The position numbers and the translations under genes are program-made. A model generated the notes under the pieces. It ran no database searches. It was given only the letters and a program-made list of their open reading frames with translations, and was not told the origin of the DNA. From Candidatus Kuenenbacteria bacterium (lineage in GTDB: Bacteria; Patescibacteriota; Patescibacteriia; UBA11705; JABHMO01): a DNA stretch of 64,000 nt. This document shows, in pieces, positions 56,395 through 64,000 of the stretch (position 1 is its first letter; every line of letters begins with the position of its first letter). Where the stretch lies: NCBI GenBank assembly GCA_013202715.1, contig JABMRF010000007.1, positions 8,566-72,565 of the forward strand, written 5' to 3'.

Positions 56395-56988
56395 TTAAAT
56401 TCCGATTTGAAGTCTTAATTTGTTTAAGGCACTTTGGCGGTGGTTGAGCTCTCGATGTTCCTCTCCGGATAAATCTGTAAACATTTTATTGAATTTAGGG
56501 ATGAGCATTATAGATCGGAAAGGATAGCCTTTTATAATTGGCGTTATCTGTTTTTCTGTAATAATACTTTCAATCGCCCCTTCGCTAAAAAGAGGTCCTT
56601 TGTTTTCTGAAATGAAACACAAAACAAGTTTTAATCTGGCAGTTCGTTTTTCGGCTGGAACTCCTTGAAGTTTTTCCAAAGTATAATCAACCATTTCCTG
56701 ATCGGTCATTGGATAGCCTTTCCATCTGCGGCTTTTGACGCCCGGCTCGCCATTTAAAAAATCAATTTCAAATCCACCGTCATCTGCAATAGTAGGGAGG
56801 CCGGCTAATTTATAAGCAAATTTAGCTTTGATTAACGCGTTTTCCTGGAATGTTTTGCCTGTTTCTTCCACATCATCCTTGATTCCAATCTCTTCCAATC
56901 CAAATATTTCAAATGGCCAGTCCTGCGTTTGTTTTTTGAACTCATTAACCTTACCTGGATTGTGAGAGGCGATAATTAGTTTCTTCAT
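56395..56988 (-). CDS. rdgB: non-canonical purine NTP pyrophosphatase (RdgB/HAM1)
   Basis: ASHNPGK, ETGKTFQENALIKA, ADDGG, GEPGVKSRR, NHR. Confidence 0.9.
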   Translation of the reverse strand: MKKLIIASHNPGKVNEFKKQTQDWPFEIFGLEEIGIKDDVEETGKTFQENALIKAKFAYKLAGLPTIADDGGFEIDFLNGEPGVKSRRWKGYPMTDQEMVDYTLEKLQGVPAEKRTARLKLVLCFISENKGPLFSEGAIESIITEKQITPIIKGYPFRSIMLIPKFNKMFTDLSGEEHRELNHRQSALNKLRLQIGI

Positions 56989-57103
56989 ATACCTTAATTT
57001 TACAGTTAAATAAGGCAAAAGTCAAAGGTAATTGACAAATCAAAAAAAGTATGTTATCTTATAGGGTGATGTTTATTGAAAAGACTGAACAAAGGGGGAT
57101 TCA

Positions 57104-57955
57104 ATGACCAAAGTTCATGAAGAATGGATTACAGAGATGATGGAGCGTCATGCTTGGGTAAATGATCTGGCCAGAGAATTTTGGGACAACAGTTTTCGCC
57201 ATGAACAAGTGCTTGAGTTGAATAGTGCTATCAGTGCTGGAAGAGAAGAAAGGGTGAAGGAACTCCATGCACGATTGATTAGCTCTATTCATTGTAATGT
57301 TTGTGGGACGAAGATTGCACGCGGTTGTATGGGTGCTGAGCAGTTTGGCAAGCGACGTAAATGCGATGACTGCCTTGAGGCTGAGCGCGAGTCTGATGGA
57401 AAAAAGTATTGCCGGCATTGTGGTCGGATTTATACGAAAAAAGAGCATTATGCTGGAATGAAGCAGCCACTTGATCCTAAGTCATTTGCCGCCATCAGTT
57501 GTTGTCCTGATTGTAAGACATTTGCGATTACCATTGCCAAGACCTGTGAAAGGCTAGCGAGGGAAAGTGTGCAGCCACTGATGGAAAGAAGAGATGATTT
57601 GAAGCGACCTGTATGCAGACCTGAGTTGTCTGTCGGAGATCAGGCTATTTTTGATCAGTATGGTGTAGACCATTCACTTTTCTTCAAGGGAACAAAGCCG
57701 CTTTTTATTCAAGGGATTGCCAAGGGTCATCGACCTCTGTTGCGTGCACTTGAACAAGGGTTTGTTCCTCGGTGTCGAATACGACACAAGGAATATGGAT
57801 ATGAAGGTGAGCTTCAATCTCTCACTCCTGTGATCAGAAAAGATGGGATGGGAACATTCATGACAAAACTGTTGAAGGCCAAAGTCTATTACGATGGAAG
57901 ACTGGCATTTACGGTTATTGGTGAATTCAAGATTGATGAATTTGAAGTAATGTAA
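57104..57955 (+). CDS. orphan multi-CxxC (Zn-binding) protein
   Basis: CNVC, CDDC, CRHC, CPDC; promoter TTGACA-17-TATCTT, SD-like AAGGGGG, terminator ~57959-57986. Confidence 0.7.
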   Translation: MTKVHEEWITEMMERHAWVNDLAREFWDNSFRHEQVLELNSAISAGREERVKELHARLISSIHCNVCGTKIARGCMGAEQFGKRRKCDDCLEAERESDGKKYCRHCGRIYTKKEHYAGMKQPLDPKSFAAISCCPDCKTFAITIAKTCERLARESVQPLMERRDDLKRPVCRPELSVGDQAIFDQYGVDHSLFFKGTKPLFIQGIAKGHRPLLRALEQGFVPRCRIRHKEYGYEGELQSLTPVIRKDGMGTFMTKLLKAKVYYDGRLAFTVIGEFKIDEFEVM

Positions 57956-58005
57956 CAGAAAAGCAGAACTAAACCAGTTCTGCTTTTAAAATATTTGAAT
58001 TTAGT

Positions 58006-58854
58006 TTATTTTTGTAATCTTTTTTGACAAAGTATATAAAATTTCTTCTCAATTTCAAATCCTAAATACTTTCTTTTGAGCTTTTTGGCAACAACCGCAG
58101 TTGTGCCGGATCCCATAAACGGATCGAAAACAAGCTCGCCTTCGTTTGAGCTGGCCAAAATTATTCGCTCAATAAGTTTTTCCGGTTTTTGAGTTGGATG
58201 TTCAGTGTTTTCTGGCATAGACCAAAAGGGGACAGTGAGATCAGTCCAGATATTGGATGGGTGAGTCATACGAAATTTTTCGCCGTTAATTTCCTGCCAG
58301 TCCTTTGGTTTTCCTTTTTCGTCAACATATGGAGCAATGACCGCCTTCTTTACTTTGACGTCATCCAGATTGAAAGTATAATTATCACCTTTGGTTGCAA
58401 ACCAAATATCCTCCATGTTATTTTTCCAGTTTCGTTTCGCTCCGCGTCCCTTGTCGCGTTTCCAGGTAATTCGATTTCTAACTGTAAAATGTTTTTTAAG
58501 AATCGATTCAATAATAGAAGACGCTTCCCAGTTTATGCAAATGTAAATTGAACCGTTTGACTTAAGAATTCGATGGCACTGCTTAATCCAATTTTCGCAC
58601 CAGCTAATGAATTCTTTTTCCTTGACTGAAACTGTCCCTTTACCAAAATCTTTTCGAATTGTATATGGCGGATCGGTGACAATTAAGTCAATGATATCGT
58701 TTGGTAGTTTATTTGTTTCTTCAAGTGAATCGCCAAAGAATATATTATTTTCTAAATTGTTAATTCTTAATCCTTCATTCTTAATTTCAAAAACGGGAAA
58801 ACTGCTCAGGTCTTCTTTTGTAACTGTAATAGTTTTGTTGCGTTTTGACTTCAT
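58006..58854 (-). CDS. amino-DNA methyltransferase, beta class, solitary
   Basis: DPPY precedes HPTQKP and DPFMGSGTT. Confidence 0.93.
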   Translation of the reverse strand: MKSKRNKTITVTKEDLSSFPVFEIKNEGLRINNLENNIFFGDSLEETNKLPNDIIDLIVTDPPYTIRKDFGKGTVSVKEKEFISWCENWIKQCHRILKSNGSIYICINWEASSIIESILKKHFTVRNRITWKRDKGRGAKRNWKNNMEDIWFATKGDNYTFNLDDVKVKKAVIAPYVDEKGKPKDWQEINGEKFRMTHPSNIWTDLTVPFWSMPENTEHPTQKPEKLIERIILASSNEGELVFDPFMGSGTTAVVAKKLKRKYLGFEIEKKFYILCQKRLQK

Positions 58855-58879
58855 TAATTTGATTATAGCAAATTTTCAC

Positions 58880-59214
58880 AAAAAAAATAGCACCGGCTAT
58901 TTTGTGCAATCCTTGTTTGTCATTTCTCTTGGTTTGACCCAGTGATTTCAGGCTTTTTATCACCTGTTATTTGGTGTCCAGTGACCAGTATGACGGGATT
59001 GCAACGAAGCTCGGTGCTCTGTTTGGTTTGCTGCGCGACGGGTCGTGGCGTCTTCTCGCAGACTAAGATCCCTAGTGGGTCTCTTCCGTGTTCGGACTAA
59101 TTGTCAGTAACTCTTGGCATCGCCCTCCTTTTTGAATTCGAAGCCAGGATGTAAGATTGTGCCCACTTTTCACATGGGCACAAGCATTGTAACGAATTAT
59201 TTTCTCAATGTCAA
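58880..59214 (-). ncRNA. putative small RNA / minigene unit A (MPRVTDN*, 59120-59097)
   Basis: TTGACA-17-TACAAT (59214-59186), 5' hairpin, AAGGAGG, terminator-like hairpin + T tract near 58880-58905. Confidence 0.5.
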
Positions 59215-59228
59215 TCGCTTTTGTGGAT

Positions 59229-59375
59229 AAAAAAAAGAGCGCTGAGGTGAATCAGCGCTCGAGGTGCGGTTTTTAGCCGCAAATCATAGTTTGCCTCCCT
59301 GTTTCTTGATGCTCTTGTCCTTATCAGGACCTAGATCAGTGACTGCATTATAGCATACACATGGGCCTTTGTCAA
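59229..59375 (-). ncRNA. putative small RNA / minigene unit B (MICG*, 59287-59273)
   Basis: TTGACA-17-TATAAT (59375-59347), GGGAGG-6 nt-ATG, terminator gagcgctga/tcagcgctc + T8. Confidence 0.55.
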
Positions 59376-59862
59376 GACCCTGAGCGACTAGCAGGAGTCG
59401 AAGGGTCAAGGCCTTTTTTAAAAAAAAATGGAGCATCACGATGATCGTGATGCTCCGGTGAAGATACCCAGGGTCTAGCCTATCCTGGGATGGCTCGACT
59501 GGCACGTCCTTCAAAACGTACTATGCCGCTACAGTCATTCTACGAGGTCTGTAGTTCTCGTCACGCTCTCGCCGGATTGCGCTCTTTTTCTCGTTTGTGT
59601 TGACGGATGGGATGTTCCGTCTTGGTCAGGTCCAGGTCATTATCCATGTCCTCCTGTGGAAGGGGTATGGCCGTTCCCGAAGCTTCAAACTTCGGGCAGC
59701 CTGTCCGTTTGCGTTAGGGCCAGTGCATACCGTCCTCTCGTCGTTCGGGCCTTTGGCGATGTCTGTCTGAAGCTTCTAACTTCTTGACATGTAACCGCAT
59801 TATAGCATACTTTTGTAATCTTGTCAAGACCCTGAGCGACTAGCAGGAGTCGAAGTGTCAAG
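59345..59862. repeat. duplicated promoter + REP-like block (59345-59410 and 59797-59862)
   Basis: gcattatagcatac...ttgtcaagaccctgagcgactagcaggagtcgaag(g/t)gtcaag in both copies. Confidence 0.9.
59420..59827 (-). ncRNA. putative structured RNA / minigene unit C
   Basis: TTGACA-17-TATAAT (59827-59799), several hairpins, AGGAGG, terminator 59430-59456 + T tract. Confidence 0.55.
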
Positions 59863-60045
59863 TGCTTTGTGTTTTTTTCTCTAAAATTAGATAAATGTTT
59901 ACTTTTAGATTCCAATCGAAACGTAGATTGTTTTGCAAGTCATAGACAAAATTGTCAAATTTGGTATAATTCATTCAAGAAAACAAAAAAGCATGAAAAC
60001 AAGAACTCAGCCTGAAGGATTCATTGTTTTTTTGTTTTTTACTAT

Positions 60046-60690
60046 ATGTTATATATCGTAGGTACACCAATTGGAAATATGCAGGATATGACAATGCGCG
60101 CTATTGAAACCCTAAAAGGCGTTGATGTTATCCTCTGCGAGGATACAAGACAAACCAGCAAACTGGTTGTTCGCTTTGAATTGAACAAAAAACTGGTCAG
60201 CTTGCATCAGCATACATCGGACGACAAGACGAAAATGCTTTTGGAAGAATATGAAAATATTGCTTATGTAAGTGATGCCGGAACTCCAGGGATTTCAGAC
60301 CCGGGCGGGAAATTAGTTCAGCTTGCAATTGAAGCGGGGCACGACGTTGTTCCGATTCCAGGACCGAGTGCAGTTGCAACCGCACTCAGTGTTTCAGCAT
60401 TTCCCGCTGATAAGTTTTTCTTTTTGGGTTTTATGCCCAAGAAGGGGCAACAAAGAACATTTGATTTAATTAAAGATTCACAATATACAGTTTGTTTTTA
60501 CGAATCACCGCACCGCATTATCAAAACATTAGAAAAATTAAAAACTGAACTGGAATCTGATCGACAGATGATGGTGGCGCGTGAATTAACAAAAAAATTT
60601 GAAACAATATATCGCGGAACAGCAGAGCAAATCCTCGAGCAAGTAAAAGAAAAGGGTGAGTTCACAATTGTTATTTCGCCAAAAAAATAA
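60046..60690 (+). CDS. rsmI: 16S rRNA C1402 2'-O-methyltransferase
   Basis: LYIVGTPIGN, CEDTR, SDAGTPGISDPG, YESPHR, ARELTK. Confidence 0.97.
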   Translation: MLYIVGTPIGNMQDMTMRAIETLKGVDVILCEDTRQTSKLVVRFELNKKLVSLHQHTSDDKTKMLLEEYENIAYVSDAGTPGISDPGGKLVQLAIEAGHDVVPIPGPSAVATALSVSAFPADKFFFLGFMPKKGQQRTFDLIKDSQYTVCFYESPHRIIKTLEKLKTELESDRQMMVARELTKKFETIYRGTAEQILEQVKEKGEFTIVISPKK

Positions 60691-60691
60691 T

Positions 60692-62215
60692 ATGGAAAAA
60701 AATAAATTTTACATTACAACCCCCATTTACTATGTAAATGACCGCCCGCACATAGGTCACGCTTACACAACGGTGATCGCAGATGTGCTGGCAAGATACA
60801 ATCGGTTCAAAATTGGAAGCGACAAGGTTTGGTTTCTGACCGGTACAGATGAGCACGGCGCCAAAGTTGCGCAGTCAGCTGAGGCTGAAGGAAAAGAACC
60901 ACAAGCATTTGTTGATGAAATTTCAGAGGAATACAAGAATAAATGGGAAAAGTTAAATATTTCTTATGATGATTTTATCCGAACTACTGAGGCACGGCAC
61001 GAAACAGTTGTAAAAGAAATTTTAACCAAATTGAAATCAGCAAAAACCCCGCAAGGAAAAGACGTTATTTTCAAAGATACCTATGAAGGACTCTATTGCG
61101 TCGGTTGTGAAGCTTACAAAAAAGAAGAAGACTTGGAGGACGGAAAATGTCCAGATCATGGCAAAGCTCCTGAAACCTTGTCCGAAGAAAATTGGTATTT
61201 TCGATTGTCTGATTATACGGACGAATTGAAACAAAAAATTGAATCAGATGAAATAAAAATCTTACCGGCTGACAAAAAGAAAGAAGTTTTGAGTTTTATC
61301 GCCCAAGGGTTAGAAGATATTGCTATTAGTCGCGCAAATGTTGATTGGGGAATTCCAGTTCCGTTTGACAAAGAGCAAACTATTTATGTCTGGGTTGATG
61401 CGCTCATTAATTATATTTCTGCAATTGGTTATCCAGATGACGAGAAGTTCAAAAAGTTCTGGCCGGCGAATGTCCATTTGCTAGCAAAAGACATATTAAA
61501 GTTCCATTGTATCATCTGGCCGGCAATGCTTCTGGCCGCAGAGATTGAACAGCCAAAAGAGTTGTTTGTCCATGGGTATTTTACTTTGAGTGGCAAGAAA
61601 ATGAGTAAGACCCTCGGAAATGTAATTGACCCGGACGAATTGGTTGAAGAATACGGAGCTGATGCTGCTCGTTATCTTATAATTTCGCAATTTGTTTTTG
61701 GCCAAGATGGTAATGTGAAAGTTGACGAGTTTCCAATCAAATACAACGCAGATCTGGCAAATGGAATTGGCAATCTTGCCAGTCGTGTGCTCAGTATGGC
61801 TGAAAAGTATTGTGAAGGAAAAGTTCCGGATAAAAAGTTTGATGCGGATTTGGATTTGAAAAAGATCTGGCAAAAGATTGACAAAGGCTTTTCGGATTAT
61901 AAAATTTTTGAAAATCTGAAAGAAATCTGGGAAGTAATTCGCTGGTCTGACACATACATTGACGAAACTAAACCATGGGTTCTTGGAAAAGAAAGTAAAC
62001 AAGAGGAACTTGATCAAATCATCTATAATCTTCTGGAAATACTTCGTCATTTGGGCTGGCTTATCAAACCAATCCTGCCTGAAACTTCAGACGAAATTTT
62101 GAAGCGACTTGGTGAATCAGAGTCAGATTGTTCTTACTCCGATGCAATAGCTGTTGGCAAAATTAAATCTGGAACAAAAGTTGAGAAGGGCGAAGCACTT
62201 TTTGCACGGAAATAA
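60692..62215 (+). CDS. metG: methionine--tRNA ligase (short form)
   Basis: TTPIYYVN, HIGH, GTDEHG, YVWVDAL, KMSKT. Confidence 0.97.
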   Translation: MEKNKFYITTPIYYVNDRPHIGHAYTTVIADVLARYNRFKIGSDKVWFLTGTDEHGAKVAQSAEAEGKEPQAFVDEISEEYKNKWEKLNISYDDFIRTTEARHETVVKEILTKLKSAKTPQGKDVIFKDTYEGLYCVGCEAYKKEEDLEDGKCPDHGKAPETLSEENWYFRLSDYTDELKQKIESDEIKILPADKKKEVLSFIAQGLEDIAISRANVDWGIPVPFDKEQTIYVWVDALINYISAIGYPDDEKFKKFWPANVHLLAKDILKFHCIIWPAMLLAAEIEQPKELFVHGYFTLSGKKMSKTLGNVIDPDELVEEYGADAARYLIISQFVFGQDGNVKVDEFPIKYNADLANGIGNLASRVLSMAEKYCEGKVPDKKFDADLDLKKIWQKIDKGFSDYKIFENLKEIWEVIRWSDTYIDETKPWVLGKESKQEELDQIIYNLLEILRHLGWLIKPILPETSDEILKRLGESESDCSYSDAIAVGKIKSGTKVEKGEALFARK

Positions 62216-62290
62216 CCTCCCCCAACCATGAACTATAACTCGTTACGCTCGTTAAATTCATGGCAAGCCCCCTCCTTGGTAAGGAGGGGG
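62214..62290. repeat. REP-like hairpin (cccctccttggtaaggagggg) with nested insert
   Basis: aacctcccccaa[ccatgaa...ttcatggcaagc]ccctccttggtaaggagggg. Confidence 0.6.
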
Positions 62291-62300
62291 CTAAGAAGAT

Positions 62301-63131
62301 ATGTTTGATACTCACGCCCACGTAAACTTCAACGCGTACAAGGATGACGCAGATGAAGTGATTAAACGCGCGCAAGATAAAGGCGTCAGTGTTATTTTAG
62401 TTGGCTCACAATTTTCAACAAGTGAGCGGGCAATAAAAATGGCGGAAAAATATGACAATGTTTATTCTGCAGTTGCCCTGCATCCAATCCATCTCGAAGA
62501 GCAAGTGATTGCAAACAAGGTTGATAATGATGAAACTGTTGAGTTTGTTTCTCGGGCGGAAGAATTTGATTACCGGAAATATTTACAGCTGGCAAAATCA
62601 AATGCTAATGTTGTTGCTGTTGGAGAAACCGGTTTGGATTATTTTCATTTAAAAGAAGATGCTCGAGATCTGCAGATTGAAAAACAAAAACAAGTTTTTA
62701 TTAAACATATTGAATTGGCAAATGAATTAAATCTGCCAATGATAATTCATTGCCGGGAAGCTTATACAGAGCTGATCGAAATTTTGAAACAAAACAAAGT
62801 GAATAAAGGCGGAGTGATTCATTGTTTCATTGGCAACTTAATCCAAGGAAAAAAATTATTGGACATGGGCTTTTATCTAGGGTTCAATGGTGTGATCACA
62901 TTCAAAAAAGCAGAACCATATTTAGCCGCTCTGAAATTGGTCCCGCTGGACAAAATTTTGATTGAAACTGACTGTCCTTATCTGACTCCAGTGCCAAATC
63001 GTGGCAAGCGAAACGAACCGTCATTTGTTGAGTTTATAATAAAAAAAATAGCGGATGTAAAAGGACTTTCTTTTGAGGAAGTTGAAAAACAAACTGATAA
63101 AAATGCAAAATCGTTGTTTAATCTTTTGTAA
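62301..63131 (+). CDS. tatD: TatD family nuclease
   Basis: DTHAH, VGETGLDY, IHCRE, HCF, ETDCPYL. Confidence 0.95.
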   Translation: MFDTHAHVNFNAYKDDADEVIKRAQDKGVSVILVGSQFSTSERAIKMAEKYDNVYSAVALHPIHLEEQVIANKVDNDETVEFVSRAEEFDYRKYLQLAKSNANVVAVGETGLDYFHLKEDARDLQIEKQKQVFIKHIELANELNLPMIIHCREAYTELIEILKQNKVNKGGVIHCFIGNLIQGKKLLDMGFYLGFNGVITFKKAEPYLAALKLVPLDKILIETDCPYLTPVPNRGKRNEPSFVEFIIKKIADVKGLSFEEVEKQTDKNAKSLFNLL

Positions 63132-63274
63132 AATAAGTAGATAGAGGTTCCCAAATTTTAATGTTTGGATTTTTTATTTCGCTTAAATTAGGAATTTATT
63201 TTTACTTTATGTTTTATGTGTACAAATGTACTTGAAGTTTTTTTGTATTCATGATAGAATAAGGTTGCTTTTAT

Positions 63275-63538
63275 ATGCCAGGACAGATAAAACAAGACAA
63301 GTTGTGGTGGAAGCCGGCAATTGAGTTATTTGCCCAGGTTTCTTGCTGGATTGTTTTCCCAATTATCATTGGGCTTTATTTGGGACGCTGGTTAGACGAG
63401 AAGTATAGTAGCGAGCCGCTTTACCTAATTGTTTGTTTGGGAGTGGCTTTTTTAATTACCAATGTTGGTTTAATTGTGCAAACACTGAAAACTGCTAAGA
63501 AGATGGACAAAACGGAAAAGGAAAACAAAAAAGTATGA
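63275..63538 (+). CDS. AtpZ/AtpI family small membrane protein
   Basis: PIIIGLYLGRWLD; two TMs; overlaps atpB start. Confidence 0.8.
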   Translation: MPGQIKQDKLWWKPAIELFAQVSCWIVFPIIIGLYLGRWLDEKYSSEPLYLIVCLGVAFLITNVGLIVQTLKTAKKMDKTEKENKKV

Positions 63539-64000
63539 CTACCCAAAACCAACCTGTAGAAAACCGAGAGAGCGAGGTTCACGTTTTGGATGAAGCTGTT
63601 GTTCTTGAAGTTTCATCTGAACAAGAAACACACGCGACCGAAGAACATGTTGGACATGAGATATCTCTTGGCGCGGAACCAATTGCGCATGTTGGAAATT
63701 TTACTATCACGAATTCGCTTTTAAATACCTGGATTGTTGTCGTGGCGTTGGTAGTTCTGGCGGTCGTAATAAGATTGAAATTAAAAAAAATACCAAAGGG
63801 AATTCAAAATATTTTTGAAATGATAGTTGAAGGAGGAGTAAATCTTTGTGACTCTGTTACGGGTGATCGCAAAAAGTCGATGAAGATTTTTCCTATTGTC
63901 TTGTCGTTTTTTATATTTATTTTGGTAAACAATTGGTTGGGACTTTTCCCAGGTATCGGATCAATTGGTTTTCTCGAGGGCGGTGCAGGGCATCAAGTTT
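63535..64000 (+). CDS. atpB: F0F1 ATP synthase subunit a, truncated by window end
   Basis: Own translation ..ISLGAEPIAHVGNFTITNSLL..IPKGIQNIFE..FFIFILVNNWLGLFPG. Confidence 0.92.
   Translation, partial: MTTQNQPVENRESEVHVLDEAVVLEVSSEQETHATEEHVGHEISLGAEPIAHVGNFTITNSLLNTWIVVVALVVLAVVIRLKLKKIPKGIQNIFEMIVEGGVNLCDSVTGDRKKSMKIFPIVLSFFIFILVNNWLGLFPGIGSIGFLEGGAGHQV

Noticed and set aside
59420-59800. Canonical tmRNA, RNase P or SRP RNA
   Set aside because: No GGGG 5' acceptor, T-arm or CCA end; no GAGGAAAGTCC core; no SRP helix-8 motif recognised.
59284-59915. Two 76-aa minus-strand ORFs sharing LTLRLLLVAQGLDK
   Set aside because: The shared peptide is just the translation of the duplicated REP/promoter block; the frames run through promoter boxes and a terminator.
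709-62601. Numerous antisense or off-frame ORFs in the track (e.g. 9048-9641, 11136-11660, 61496-62050)
   Set aside because: They overlap well-supported genes and look like codon-bias shadows.
1-64000. Alternative genetic code (TGA=Gly or TAG recoding) to explain the minigenes
   Set aside because: Conserved genes end properly in TGA (rplJ, mraZ) and TAG (infA, rpsM) and contain no internal stops.

Overview
AT-rich bacterial chromosome segment, very probably from a Patescibacteria/CPR (Parcubacteria-like) genome. This is inferred from gene content, CPR-typical hypothetical genes and SD-less housekeeping starts; the genetic code is standard. Core content: the end of the alpha operon plus rplM-rpsI, rplJ-rplL with an L10 leader, a split dcw cluster, tgt, tRNA-Glu(CTC), an SOS-type cassette (lexA, SRAP, dinB) interrupted by a frameshifted REP-associated tyrosine transposase, a group-3b-like NiFe hydrogenase operon running into pgk-eno-gpmI-gpmI, cell-envelope genes, a translin-like gene, rsmI-metG-tatD and the start of the atp operon. 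The most interesting signals lie outside the ORF track. (1) About 20 intergenic short-period repeat hairpins, two of which bracket four-helix-bundle (Avd/IVS-like) genes. (2) Three tandem minus-strand transcription units at 58.9-59.9 kb, each with a promoter, an SD and a terminator but only a 4-7 codon minigene inside structured RNA. (3) A ~240-nt highly base-paired element at 20.7-20.9 kb. (4) An unannotated 28-aa, 10-Cys peptide in front of a hydrogenase with a Cys-less HypA. (5) Self-contained orphan cassettes sharing a boxA-like leader. (6) REP-like mini-hairpins inserted at -35 boxes. All calls come from reading the sequence by eye; no searches were run.
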